Assembly (NCBI RefSeq): GCF_006345805.1
Contig: NC_043003.1
Location: 109,926,001 to 109,990,000 of the forward strand
Source of the DNA: Octopus sinensis
Lineage: Eukaryota
DNA length: 64,000 nucleotides
Direction: 5' to 3'
The notes beneath the pieces are model-generated. The model ran no database searches. It had not been told where the DNA came from and worked only from the letters and a program-made list of their open reading frames with translations. Both the position numbers and the translations under genes were made by a program. Below are positions 13,154-28,559 of this stretch, one piece after another. The number at the start of each line of letters is the position of its first letter. The first letter of the stretch is position 1.

Positions 13154-16100
13154 ATACACACGCACACACGCACACATGTGTGCGTAAATGGCAATTTCTG
13201 TCTGTTTGTCTGTTACAATATTAGTGCTTAAACCAGTGGATCAATTTTCACGACACTTTGCATACATGTTACACTAATATCTAGTTCAATAATATCAATA
13301 ATAGGCTAATTGGATTTCAACAAAAATCTATGATGTGCACCCCAGGGGCGTTGGGGAATTATATGATAAAAACGTGAAGTTTGCAAAAATTATTAGTCTG
13401 AAGGAAACGTAGCAACAGAGAGAGGATGTCTTATATCGATGAAAGCGAGAACAGCGGTGGCTAGAGGATGGTAACGGTACTACAGCTGTCATATAACGTG
13501 ACACTGCATATATACTTTCGTAAATACATAGATACAACACACACACACACATACGCACACACACAGAAAAAGGGGGTGTGAGGAATAGGTAGTTTAAGGA
13601 GAGAGGCGGTAGGTATCTTTTCTGCTGCCCATCTCAAAGAAACACTCGCACACAGACACACACACACATAAATTCATACATATACATACGTACGCACATA
13701 CATACATATATACACACACATATGTCTACTATACACCATTTTAAACTCGTGATTACCTGTTTGTACGTTTGTAAATGTGTGTGTATGTATGTGTTTGTGT
13801 CACTGTCTGTCTCTCTACTTTTGTAGGGTCTTCTCTGATGCTGTCACATATTGTGAGATTTTAAAATTACATCAGAATTGGTATATTGAAATAATTTTCC
13901 ACGTTAAATTCTATTTTGCCATTTATTTGTTCCAGAAAAGTTGCAGAAATGTGTTACTGAGGTTTAAAGTTTAATCAATTGTAACTAATCAGAAAGTAGG
14001 ATTTGGAAGCTGGCATTTTCTGCTTGATTGAGAGCATTTTTGGCATGATAGCTATGTATCACGAAATAAATGCAAAATCACTAGGAGGAAGATTTTGTAT
14101 TAAACAAGCAAAAGGAAACCATTTGGACGACCAAAGTTTTAAGAATTTATGAAGGTTTAACGAAAATGGTCATGTAAAATGGTGGAACATACATGTAAAT
14201 AATTTAAAAAGGAAAAAAAAATCCTCAACGAAAATGTTTGGCAAAAAATTGCACAAATCTGTCCAGATTAAGAGGACTATTTGTCGGGAAATGACTGCTC
14301 AGGAATCGAATAAAGAAAAATTTATATAAGACATTCTATTGTTACAATTGCCTGGCAACGACGAGCTATTCAGTTAGGATATATATATATATATATATGC
14401 ACGCACGCATACATGTATATACTTATATGTGCATATGTCTAGGTATATATTCATAGACATATCCACTTTCCTGAAATAACCACCATATTTATATATTCTA
14501 TATGTTAAACCGTTTATGCTGACTCACTTCGGTAAATTCGAAGATGTAGCCTGTCAAGAAATATTATAATTGACCAGTACATTTCGAGGCCGGAGGTTGG
14601 TTCAGTGGTCACTGTTGACTCCTTGCAATTTACGCAGCTATCCAAAGGGTACATAAACATCTGAAATAATTTTGATCATTAAAGGTCCTGAATTATTAGC
14701 GAACCGAATCTGGAAAAGCACAGTTGTTTAAGACTAAAATTTACTAATTTCGACCCAAATATCGATGCAGTATCTGCTATTCATTAAACATATATTTCAT
14801 ATTAAATATTCCCACGATATCAAAATAATATGACTGAATTTTTTTGTTTTTTTATCAATTTCCTTAAATATTTTTAATCAAATTTATTCAAATATTTCTT
14901 CTTAAAAAGTGGTAATGGCACAAAACAGCAAACGATTTATTGTTTTTAAATGAAGATTGTATTTTTTATTTAATTATACTTTCCAATTTTAATTTAGAAA
15001 TTAAATTGCCATGATAGGTTTGGTGGTGGATTCCATAAATTATCAACGATTCCATGAAGAGGTCATAGAAAAAACAAGTTTAACGACTTCTGCTCTGGGG
15101 TGTTGCTAGACATACGAAAAATAGCAACCGCATCTCTTTTAAATATTACTTGTTATTTTAAAGTGGAAGAATATACATAGCTTAATTTTGGATATATATA
15201 TATATATACGTTGCAATATAGATGGAAGAAATTATGACAGGAATGCGTTTCATCGCAGGTGTTCTCAGTCAAATATCCCCAGGGGCTACACAAAAATAAA
15301 AATAACAAAAATAAATTCAGTAACGATATAAACCCCAAAATATAGCGAGATAAATTTCTATTTTCAAACAACATGGTGTCAACATTTGCGACTTGGGTTA
15401 AGTTATTACAATCCATTATCCGAAAAACTGTGGCAGTAAAAACTCCAGGCTATTTGCGCCTCAAACATATTTATATGTTCGTTTGCCAGAACACGAAGTT
15501 CCAAGTTAATTTAACCAACAACAATAACAACAACAATAATAGCATTGTTAAACTAACCAGCGAAAGAAAGCAAAGTATAAGTTCACTATTTGCCAAATAA
15601 AGAAGAGAAACAAAATAACAGGAGAAAATGAGATTGGAATTTGCCCAAGTATAAGAGTCAGTTGTAACCTTTATTTCCAATAGAATTCTATTTTCGAAGT
15701 AAATTTTCACTATTATTCAGATTTGCACCAAGAAATACTGTAACTTCTTTTTTTAACATTTTCTTTTTATCATTTTCCTAAGAATTGAAAATGAGTGAAA
15801 TTTTCACATTTGATAACGATAACGTATTTTCAGTGTTTAATTTTGTCTCTTTACATAAAAGACTCACATGATATTTTAAGAATCGCAACAGCAGGTGAAA
15901 GAAACACCAGAGATACCCTCCTCCTACTCAACTTTTCTTCTGCACCATCGCATTGTTAAAAAATTCTTGCGTTTCATTAACATGTAGTTCAGCGTCACAA
16001 AAGTTTAGTCCTTTAACCTGTAAGCTTCGCTTGAATGGAGCTGCAAGGAATGATTTACTCTTCATCAGAGAATGAGTCCCATCTGCTGTTTCTTGTCAGC

Positions 16101-17252
16101 TGGTTTTAGCTTCCATATCTATCGTCTTGGTTGCTTCTTACATCTGGCCGTATCCTAACTAATCTGGTGGAAATACCGCACAACTCTAACTAGAAAGCAG
16201 TTGACTTCAAAAGTCTGCGTGCCGTTCCTTGACAAGTGTCTTGTCGACAAAGTCCTGATATTTAGTGTTCACACGAACTAAGTATGGTAATTTGTGAACT
16301 AAAAAGCTTATTTGTATGCAAGTGTATGAACTGCGGTTTCAATTTTAGTTATTGTGTCACTGTTTCTGTCGAGTCATGGGCTGAATTAATGAAGAATAGC
16401 TACGTATATTATGAAAGATATACTATACATGACCGTCTCATCTTTTCCCAAGAACGATACACAGAGAACTGTGTTATTCTATGCGTTTAACTTTTAGCTG
16501 CTTTGGTGCTGTTTGTGTCATATGTTACCAATGTTTACAGCTTATCAAGCAGCCGCATAAAGACTCCATTTCAGGTATGCGGTTGTATCCCTAACTAAGG
16601 CCCTTAACTCTAAACACTTCTGTGTAAATCAAAGTCAGGAAAGAAGCATCCTCACGTATATTAATGTTTGAGAAACTGTTCCATATGTTTATATATCTTT
16701 CCATCTTTTAAAGAATATTAAAACACTGGTTTGAATAAAAGCGAGATGTCACATTGTATAAACATTGTATAGCTATTACAGAAGTTATGACAAACTATGT
16801 CTGGTTCGATGTCTTTAAACACTACTAAACACTACTAAACACTCACCAGTCTCTGGTTATGAATGCCCAACATTTGATAAAAACACAGTTTTTCAGGTAT
16901 CGGTTCATGTTAAACGTACGAGCAGGACTGTTAATTGTCATACAAAGTCGTTAGCGGAGCGCCAAGAAAATTTAGGTTCTCGTGTAGGAAAATGAGTGAA
17001 AAGTTTAGCACATTATATAGAATAAAATGCATGGAAATTTTTAATTTTGGTACAATATCACAGATTTTCGGATAACACCGTAAAAAAAAAAGAAAACATA
17101 TCCTGTAACCTGTTCTGATCTGAAGCATAAGTAAGTATAAAAAATCCAGAGTTGCTATGCAGGGAATGGTGAACCGCAAGCAATAAACATACTCTACAAG
17201 AAGTATTGAGAACTTATTCTCCTATCTGTATTCCTCCCGTCAAATATATACA

Positions 17253-17288
<36 letters not shown>

Positions 17289-18078
17289 TATATGTATATG
17301 CATGTATGTATATATATATGTATGTATGTATATATATATATATGTATATATTTATGTGTATGTACATATACACACAGAAATATATATATACACATATGTA
17401 CACAAGTATATGAATATACATGTATGCATGTGTGTAGCAGGTATAATCTGTATGAACATGTGAGGAGGGATGGGTGTACTTGTGTTTTGCAAACAAGTCA
17501 ACGTTGTTATCATTCTACAAGATGTTTCATACTATGTTGATGCATCTATCAATAATTAAAATGAAGCAGGTCACTCATATATCACTCTCAGTCTTTCTTC
17601 CATGATTTCTCTGCTTTTATATTCTCTCTCACAACTTCCCTTCCTCTGTCTGTCTCGCTCGCTCTCTCGCTCGCAAAATAATTACCATTAACCATATCTC
17701 CCTGTATTACGCCGTCTGTTGTGTTTGTCGATCTGTATTCTTCGCCGCCTCTAGAATTCTAGTTATGTAAATTATATACATCAGCGTATGTATTCCCATT
17801 GTGTCATCTGGTTGACTAAACTCACTTGTTTTGTCAACTTTCGTCGGACAGAAGTCAACAACAATCGAAAGTGATCTCATGTAAAAGAAGAAGAAATCAA
17901 TACTTAAGACTTTAATTTCTTCTGCAAATCTTATTGATTTCTCTTGCCATCCGGAAAAAAAAACAAGAACAGAAAAAAATATCAGACTGAAAACATTGTA
18001 CTTATTCTTCTTTGGCACTATGATTCCTTATGTATGAGAGTGTATATGTATGTGTATATACATACATACATATATATA

Positions 18079-18150
<72 letters not shown>

Positions 18151-18550
18151 GTATGTATATATGTATATATGTATATATGTATTATATATATGTATATTAT
18201 ATATGTATATGTATATATGTGTGTGTGTGTGCGACGGTGTGTCTTCGTATGTATTAGAATATGTGTCCGTTTTTAGTTTAGAGACATCTATTTGAAGTGC
18301 GCAATATCTTTGTGTATTTCTGTATATATGCGTTTCATGTGTTGTACGGCCATATGAGTTTGAAGGCTATTTGTCTGGGCATATGGCCATCTCGTCATGA
18401 AGTTCGCTTTCGAATTCCATAGCTCTGCTTTCAATCCCACTGCGCTGAACTTTGGGGAACATTCTTCTAACATAGCTGGAAGTCATCCAAAGCCTTTTAA
18501 TGAAATAATTCGGTAGACGGAAATTTAACCATTGGAAATACATACATACA

Positions 18551-18551
<1 letters not shown>

Positions 18552-18606
<55 letters not shown>

Positions 18607-18607
18607 C

Positions 18608-18650
<43 letters not shown>

Positions 18651-18737
18651 AATCAATCTATCTATCTATCTATCTGTCTGTCTGTCTGTCTATCTATCTG
18701 TATGTCTGTCTGTCTGTCTGTCTACCTACCTACTTAC

Positions 18738-18787
<50 letters not shown>

Positions 18788-18788
18788 C

Positions 18789-18845
<57 letters not shown>
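18552..18845. repeat. (TATC)n/(TGTC)n tetranucleotide microsatellite
   Basis: direct. Confidence 0.95.
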
Positions 18846-21089
18846 TAAGTAGATATACTTCAAGACATAAGGTTTAGGCAGGAGCATTTCAAACGTATAA
18901 GATAACTATATAAAACAAACATAAATGCTAAACGTCAAATGAGATGTATTAACATTGCAGCTGATCCACTAATAACCTATAGTCATTATGCTATCAACTT
19001 CAATCTACGCGAATGAGCAAGATTTGATAGAAAACTAGAAAATAATGATGGCATTTGAAACACAATACTCTAAATTTTACACAGAAACATATTTGTTACG
19101 ATCAGATCACAAGCAAGTAAAGATTTTCTGCAATTAGAGACCTGTTACCAAACATCTGCCGTATGGCTACAAAAATACCTACCAGAAAACAACAGAAAAC
19201 TAATATGTACAAAACGTGAAGAAAACTAAATGTACCTTACGTGTCAATTGGACAGTTGAACTGTATACTACAACATCTGAAGCAATAGAGGGATGCGGGA
19301 AGTAAGAAATAGCAAGAGTAATTGTTGCAAGCATTCGAAGCAAAATTTCGTTGTGAATTTAATCAATGCATTTAATCGATCAAGTCTCAAAAGCCCTTCA
19401 AAATTCATAGTCATTGTCGTGATTTACTGATTTAGACTAAAAAAAAGCAAAAACTAAAACGCGACTATCCTATCAAGTTCGTTTATCGGAGCAATGAGGA
19501 GCATTTCGTCATCCTTAAGCATGCCCGATGATTTACGCGGCGGCGACTTTATTTAAAGGCAAGTGTTGTTCGCCGAAAACCTCACTCCTTCGCTCGTAAT
19601 CATATTGAATCCAATGCCAACACCTGGTCAAGAGACTGGGGATGGTGACCTGTGCTGTACATGGACAACATGACTTGCCACATCTTGGTCTCTACACTCT
19701 ACAATGCGTTATTGCAGCCACCTTCCTCTTCATTGAACCATGGAGGCTTTTCCCGCACAGTCCATCTGATCCAGTTTTTGCATTCATAAGAAGGTACGCT
19801 TTAATATTGCACTTGATCCATAGCTAGGACCTTGATATGTGCTGATACTCCGAGTTAGAGACGACCTGGGAATAATAATGGCTAAGAATTTGTTTCACTC
19901 TCCCCAAAACTTGGAATTCCCGACCTAGAGTTTCGTTACCGGATGCAGTTTGAACTCACAACCGGGACACACAACGCAACCAAAACAAAAGAGGCGTGTA
20001 ATATTTGTAAAGGAACAACTTTTATGTAGAAGTAACATCGGATTTCAACAGACTCGTTAACTTAAGGCATTATTACATAGTTCAAGACAAAAATATTTCG
20101 TGCAAACAACAAAAATTCAACCCGATAGGAAATTACGTAATAAAAATACAGTCAATAAACAAATATGCCAAAAATATTATTCACAAAAACCAAATAGTCT
20201 TTATAATAATAAATATTGAGAATATAAAATCCGCGAGTATAAAAAAAAGAATAATTTCGCAACAGACGGGAAATAACAAAACAGAGAAACATCAAACCCC
20301 AGCATACCTGCAGGTTATCGATTAAGAAAAGCCATCCCAAAATACAGAAAAAAACCTCCAAGCAAGCAAAAGAAAAAAAATGAATTCTGTTGAACACGGG
20401 AAAGATCTAAGGGGGTAGGAATATCTAAAATTGAAAATTTCGAATATGACAGTAATCTGAAGCTGGAAATAGTCAAAGAATTAAAATCGATAGAACTTCC
20501 TTTGGACCAAAGATAAATCTTTATGATAAAATAACAACAACTACAATACAAATACTAAATTGAGCCGTCATAGACATACTGGAAACAGATGTGAACATCA
20601 ATATCACCAGAATGAATCAAGTAATCTATGCAGTAACAAAAGTAGCCATAAAGGAACCTCGCATATAAGAACATCTAAAAGTAAGAAAAAAAGCGTGGAA
20701 AGCCAAAAGACACACACACACAACACACACACACACACCACACACACACACACACACACATATCTGTGTGTCTGTGTACAAAGGTAGAGAACAAAATGTT
20801 CGTTGAATTTTTAATGAGATCGAAAGCAAAGAGTCAAGTTATTCTACACTATCACCACCTCCACAAAATAGGAACATATCTCATATTCCGCATTGGACAT
20901 ACACTGCTACGCTAAAAGAACCAAAAGGAAACACTAAATTAAGACTGTAAATATTAGCAGGGTAAATGACAACAAAGAAAAAACACCACAAAAGAAGAAA
21001 ATGTACGGTAGACACATCTCTATACTTACGAAACATAGGACTGCACGGTTTGACCCATGAATAACTTACATAAAACTGTTGAAAATGCA

Positions 21090-21100
21090 ATGATGATGAA

Positions 21101-21135
<35 letters not shown>

Positions 21136-21210
21136 GGATGATGATGATGATGTCAATGACGATAATGACGACGACGACGATGATATTGATAATGGCGAAG
21201 ATGAAGGAAT
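21090..21210. repeat. (GAT)n/(GAC)n microsatellite
   Basis: direct. Confidence 0.9.
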
Positions 21211-21769
21211 GATAATATGAAGATCCAGTTTATCAAAATAAAGAAAAAAAACTAATGACAAAAATGATTTAGAGCCAATTTCTACTCCTTCGTTCTCTGC
21301 CTTCCATGCTAGTTATATCAATGTGATGTTAATGTCGTGGCCCCTCTAAATGCTCGACTTTAAATGTTCTGTTCTTACTCTTTACTCTGCAAGAACGTAG
21401 TCTTTCCATTTCTTGAATCTGTCAGTAACTTTACGAGTTGATCACAGGGAATATGGAAATATTTCTGATAGTACTTATGTATAATAAAACAAAAAGGTGT
21501 GTGGTGCCGTGTGTGAGAGAGCCTAACTGAAGCAGGGAAGTGTTGAGTGTATGTGTGTATGTGTGTGTGTGTGTCTGTGTGTGTGTGTGTGTGTCTCCCT
21601 TTATGTTATGTATGAAAACAGTAAGAGTGATTGGCTGTGTCAGAGATGTTTCTGTCTCATTCAAAAGAACCTGCGATGGCGTATCGTCGTGTATCTGAAG
21701 TGTGCAAATCGAAAAGGGTGGTTTACATCATATACGTATGTTTCACTGTAGTTATGAATATTATTTTCT

Positions 21770-21965
21770 ACTCTACACACAAGGCCCTAAATTTTGGAGG
21801 AGTAGGCTAGTCGTTTAGATCGACCCCAGTACGCAACTGGTACTTAATTTATCAACCCCGAAAGGATTAAAGGCAAAGTCGACGTCAGCGGAATTTGAAC
21901 TCAGAACGTAAAGACAAACGAAATACCGATAAGCCAGACTTGCTAACGCTTCTGCTAGCTCGCTA
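21770..21965 (-). mobile_element. tRNA-derived SINE (family with gtcgactttgcctttcatcctttcggggtcgat core)
   Basis: Reverse complement of the body seen at 45853-46080, including the B-box-like gagttcaaattcc. Confidence 0.8.
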
Positions 21966-22097
21966 CTTTGCTGTAGTTATGAACATTAAATATTCTGAAA
22001 GTACTCAATTAGAATAAATCCATGAATTAGAATAAATGTTTTATATTTCTGAAAATAATCAGTTTTATATGACGTGTAACATTACGTTAACTTCCTG

Positions 22098-22232
22098 TGC
22101 GTAACTGGTACTTATTTCATCGGTGACCGAAAGATCAAGGCCAAATTCGACCTCTGCGAAATGTGGACTCAGAATGTAAAAACGTACGTAATGCCACTAA
22201 GCATTCGAGGAACGTGCTAACAATTCCTGCGC
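22098..22232 (-). mobile_element. Degenerate copy of the same SINE family
   Basis: gcgtaactggtacttatttcatcg...tcgacctc...actcagaatgtaa...gtgctaacaattc. Confidence 0.65.
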
Positions 22233-22764
22233 TATTTCTTCAGAGAGCTTACAACCCACGCTGGCACAAGCCTTCATTCCATCATGACATTTTTCAATGT
22301 GATTGCTTTTTTCGTCTACAGTTTAAAATAGTATGCATCAGATAACAGAGATGTTAATAGTGACGTTAAAATGTCAAGCAATATCTATGCTTGAAATTTT
22401 GAGGAGGGCCTTGCATTCGGCCAATCTCATTGAGAAACAACGTATGCATTTGCTTACATACATGTATACATAGAAACATTTTACGTACATATGGGCAGAG
22501 AGACAATGGCGCACTCCCAAAATATACACACACACACCAGCACAAACATAAAAATATGTGCGTATATTCGAGTATATTTTTTGTTCACTTAATGGCTTTG
22601 ATGTTTCTTAACATCATACACTGCATGCTTGTAAACTACAAGATTTATGTCAATAAAAGTAGACAATGTTACGGAAGTGACATACCACACATGCTCAAAC
22701 GCACACAAATGTCTGTCAATACATATAATACATACCCACATACACATTCATATATCTATAATTG

Positions 22765-22847
<83 letters not shown>

Positions 22848-23622
22848 TTATGTGTATATATGTATATATCTCTGTAGGTCTATCTATCTGTCTATCTATC
22901 TATCTATCTATCTATCTTAATAAATATGTAGATAGCTACACACATTCATGCGTACATGTATACATAAATACATACATGCATAAATGCATGCATACATACA
23001 TATCTGCATACATTCGCACATACATACATACACTGAACTTCAGAGCAGTTTACGACTCATTCACAGAGAAGTACAATAATTTATTCACATTTCGACAATT
23101 CGCAGCGAAAGGAAGACGACCAAGTTGTTGCGTAAGCATGTAAAATCAGGACTCGTATGATAACTTTCACATGGCATATTTCTTAATCAGATGACTCTGC
23201 TGGCAAATATATACACCGATTCTCAAAATGTTCTGGAAAAGGAATCTAAGACGAAATACTGGAAACACCAAGTTATTTCTAGCATTTTTACTTCGATCTA
23301 CGAACATGAAAAATTTATCTAAGTTTTGGTTAATTCGATATGAAATATATTAAGATTCTGTAACCTACTTACAATAAACACACATCAGGTAAGTACGTAT
23401 AAAAAATATGCACGTATGTATGTGTGTGAGTTGTGTGTGTGTGAGTTGTGTGTGTGTGAGTGTGTGTTTGTATGTATGTGTGAATGAATGTACGTACATA
23501 TATATATATATTTATGCATACATAAAGTATGTATTTAGATATGTATCTATGTAATGTTTTTAGGCATAAAACAGATGCAAATATGTGCGTTTGAACGTGT
23601 GTATATTACACACACGTACATT

Positions 23623-23665
<43 letters not shown>

Positions 23666-24082
23666 ACTATGTATATATATATATATATGCATATATTTGC
23701 ATATATACAAATGTATACATACAATCACAGACACACATACACGCATATATCTCTATACATATATATAGATATACATGTATGTGTGTCTTTATGCATATAT
23801 ATTTAAACATATAAATGCGTACTGTGTGCATGTATGTGCGCGCGTGTGTGTGTATTTTAGTTTGACGCTGATAAGAACAGAAGCGGAACAAAGAATATAT
23901 TTTTATTTAATTTACTTCAACATTCCGAGAAATGAAATATAAAATATATAATAATATATAATAATAATATAAGTATTGAATATCCTTATTATATTACTAT
24001 TTTCCTATTGATTATATACTTAAAATGGGCGACATCAGTCGCATTATCAACATCGTCGACATCTACTTCAAGAACACTCTCG

Positions 24083-24142
<60 letters not shown>

Positions 24143-24765
24143 GGTACTGTTTTTTTGTTTATCTTGGTTTTTATGGCGCTGGGTCTGCATTGACATTATG
24201 CCACATAGGGATACACGTAAGTGAAAACTGATGAACAATCGACAGTAATAGATTACCAAGAATAACAATCGCACGCACACGCAAATACATGCACACACAC
24301 ACACATACGCACACACACATATGCGTATAAAGCATGTACACACTTTTATGTGTTTTCATATAAAAACCCACTATTTATAACCAGGGTTGTGAATTACTAT
24401 TTATAATATAATATACGATTGTCGTGTCATATCTTAATGGAATCTCTATGTAAACATCACTCGGAATAGAAACAAAAATCAGCTTCAAAATAAGATTATT
24501 TTAATATAATCCACTGGCATATTCATTATTATAAAATGGGAGATAAAATGAGGAAGATACTTTGTTGGAAATGGATTCTTTATTGCGTCATAGACATGAA
24601 TAGAGCTCATATATTGCAATATGCGATACAGGAGCGCTTTGAAAGGGTTGAAACAAGAACTCGATTATATTTTGTCAAATAATATTTTCTATGAGCGCAA
24701 CTTCGTCACTAACAAGTTTGATGTTGCTTTCATCAGCCGCATTAACAACATCGTCAACACCTACT

Positions 24766-24831
<66 letters not shown>

Positions 24832-26029
24832 GTATATATAGATAGATAGATAGATATAGATATATGTCAGACGGGCGGATCGTTACGCAACAGAATGACG
24901 ACGTATCGCCAACAAATCCGAGAAAATAACACAACGAAAATTTCTTTAAGTCTGTGAAGGAATGGTCATACAAAATTTCAAAATATTTCTCCTTAAAAGT
25001 GCTCAGATTCATTCAAGCAACAACAAAGACTACATTAAGGCAATTTATTAACAAGTATGAACCACAATTAAATATAGACCGAACCACACCCAAACAATAA
25101 ATAAAAACAGAGATTTAAAAACAATTTTATACATATTGACGCTTTGAAACATACTTCCCATCATTTCCAAAAATCTGAATATATACATACCTGCACACAC
25201 ACGCACAAACACACATATACACACATACGTAAAAACGAAAACATCACAAAGCACACACGCACACACACAAACACACCCGTACACAAACGCACAAAAGTAA
25301 ATATCGCAAAAACACACACGCTCAAACACACCCATACATACACTCACACGAACACAAACGCATACACATGCACACAGTTGGTAACCACACATATACGCAC
25401 AGGTGGGGGTCACTCAAAATATAATCTAACTGAAAGGAAAATCCTAACTCTGTCTTGAACAAGACATTCATGACAACATACAGCTGGTCACATTCCAAAC
25501 ATATTGAAAGGCCATTCAACACAACATCCACATATACACACACAACCACTTACATACTGGTGGACATAAAACCCATTCGATAAATGCTTTTTAGCCACTT
25601 CTTTGGCAGGAACACACTAAGATTTCTTTGAGACAATAGACAACTACATCCCTTCTCTTACTCTCACACTTTGAACTCTATACAAAATACTATATATAAA
25701 GAAGACTTCAGCGAAAAGTCTCCAGGTATTTTCTTGATCCCCAGAGAGAAGATAAACAGTTTTTACTTCAAATTTTAATAAATTATTATGGATATTTGAT
25801 AAGATGAAATTCATCATCGAAACCGTTTATATTTCCTTTATATAATTTAAAATAATCATTTTCATTAAATTCCTTCTGAAAGTAGAAAAGTCTTAGATTT
25901 ACTTCTGTGATAGTTGCAACTCCATCTTTTATATATATGAAAATTTGTTTTGTATAGATTTTTTTTTCAAATATATATGTGTGTGTATGTATTTATGTGT
26001 ATGTTTCTTCGTAATTATTTTTGTTCCCT

Positions 26030-26220
26030 CCGCACCATCTGTTGAGGACCGATGTTGATATGTTTACGGCCCCGTAACGTAGCGGTTCGGCAAAAGAGAC
26101 CGATAGAATATGAACTAGGCTTACAAAGGATCAGTCCTGGGCTCTATTTCCTCGACTAAAAAACCTTTAAAGCGGTGCTCCAGCATGGCTACAGTCAAAT
26201 GACTGAAACGAGTAAAAGCG
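26030..26220 (+). mobile_element. SINE 3' fragment (second family; related pieces at ~9570-9665 + and ~53750-53930 -)
   Basis: Shared tail gcggtgctccagcatggc.cagt...tgactgaaac.agtaaaag. Confidence 0.6.
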
Positions 26221-27521
26221 TAAAGGGATGTATACGTATGTATATGTACATTTAAGTTTGTGCATGTACAACCTGTCTTCGTATATTTCAAATGGCCTGT
26301 TCTTTCATTAAGTTAAAGTCTCTTTAATAATAGATTCTATCGAATTGATTTCTGAATACAAATGACTCAACATAACAGCAGCCATTTGGTTGATATTACC
26401 AGCGATGTGTGTGGAACGAATGTTTATTCGACTATGATAAATATTATAATGATTGGAGAGAACAATACAAATAATTCTTGAAGCAGAGGACATATCTTTG
26501 TCAATAAATTAATTGAATTTAACTGTTTTATAAGAAAATAAAATATAAGAAATATCAGCAGAAAAGTTGAAGAGGATTCTTAAAATTTTATTTCATCCAT
26601 TTTAATGTTTTTTCTCGGATTCGAACTGAGGGAAGAAAAAAAACAAGTGAAAAACAATCTACAGCTCAAAGTTGCTTAGTTTATTGAGTATCATGTTTTG
26701 AGGTGTAGTTCGAGATCCGATTTGGAATTTTCGGAAGGAACTACACTGTGTTGGTCAAGTTACTTGACCGTTCTCAGACAAAAGGCAAGAACCCAAACAT
26801 TCAGAATTTTCTCACAGCTCCTTAATTAATAGGACTCTTGCATCGACTCTCTCATAATCGATTGTTTGTTAACGCAGACTCTCATCAGTTTCCTCTAAAC
26901 TCAGTTGTAGCCCTTCCTTTCCTTATTTAATAACGGATACAGAGGCAATGCAACACTGCAAACTCTCACACGTAAAAGGAGAAACCGATGCAGTAAACGT
27001 TTACAAAATATACTGCTACTACGAGCGAATGCACATGCTGAGGTAAGCTGCGAAATTTGTTCTTGGAGGTATCTGAGGTATTTATGTGTAGTTGTGGCTT
27101 CGAGTTTGCTTTCTTGTAGGTATGAATAAATGTCTCATTTATTTCTTGTATGTATGTTCTACGGATGAGGTAAAACCATGGGACAGGACCAGAAATTAGC
27201 TAATCCAGGGATATTTGTTTTGCTATTAACTTCCGTTGGTTTGCTCCCTCGCTTTCAGCGCGTGTGCTTTTGTGATTTCTAAAGTGGTAAGACTATTTAA
27301 CTTCTGTCTTCAGCATAGAAGCTTTAAATATTTATTGTATGGCCTTAATGCTAATTATATATACGTTTTAACCGTAGTCGGTCTATTTTTATATGCTGGC
27401 CACTGATAGAAAAAAAATTATTTCTTATTATAATTGAAACACACACACACACACATACACACACATACACACACAAACACACACACATACACACACAAAC
27501 ACACAAACACACACACACACA

Positions 27522-27554
<33 letters not shown>

Positions 27555-27780
27555 GAGAGAGAGATGTATATAGGTACTTACACATACACACACACATCGT
27601 GCGTTTCCTCTTACTATATTTCAGTAATTTATCAAACCCTCATTTGCACAATGAAATATGGCTATCTTTTGCTCACCCTTCACAATTATGTATATATAAT
27701 AATGATATATGGTGTTTGTAACATCTATTTGCCGTCTCTTTCACAATGTAAGTAATTATTTATATATATATATATATAAG

Positions 27781-28287
27781 TATAATAAGGTTGTTGAATG
27801 ACTACAACACCAGTCTGCTCTAGAAATAGACCCCAAATTGTCTATAAATCACTTAAATTTTTACTCCACTACACAAGGTTGTAAGCGACGAAAATATACA
27901 GCGATGATCTATAAAATAATTTGGATAGTCCCAAATCTATAGATTTCATGGCATGAGTTATTAAAAACCCTTTCCGATCATCAGTGGCGACATATCGAAC
28001 GTAAACAAATGAAAAATACATTATACATACCGCCATTAGCGCAAATAACGTGCATTTCGCACGTATTTCGAATTAAAATCCAAGCGCCTATTTCAACCAT
28101 GTGCTTATTTACTCCGATGTGCTAACTGATTATTGGAAAGGGTTTTGGGATTATCCAAATTATTTTATAAATCCTCGCTGTCTATTTTCCTCGCTTATGT
28201 AGTGGAGTAAAAATCTAAGTGGTTCATAGACCATTCGAGGTTTATTTCTAGCAGACTAGTTTTGTAATCATTCAACACCCTTATTAT
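27781..28287. repeat. Long imperfect inverted repeat (arms ~27781-27992 and ~28117-28287)
   Basis: tataataaggttgttgaatgactacaa...ttttactccactac pairs with gtagtggagtaaaaa...ttgtaatcattcaacacccttattata. Confidence 0.85.
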
Positions 28288-28559
28288 AATTTTAATATAA
28301 ATTAAACATTATGGAAACATTATTATTTCTAAGTTTCTCTAAAGGAGACTATGGCAGTGGTACTGTATATTAATAGTTATTGCCAAGCTAATATGGTAGA
28401 CTATACATATAGGAAGAAAGCTGCCGTTGATTAGCTCCAAGAGGCCATCGCCTCTAGCTAGCTATATGACGTATGACAGAATACTTTAGAAAAACTTCGG
28501 TCTCTGGTAAAGCAAATCTTTGCTGAACCCTAATTATAAAGTATTACTTAAGTTTACCG

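Noticed and set aside
13800-27050. Plus-strand splice-like signals (acceptors ~13827 and ~13934; donors ~23389 and ~27043)
   Set aside because: Not paired into convincing exons; they show that such signals arise by chance here
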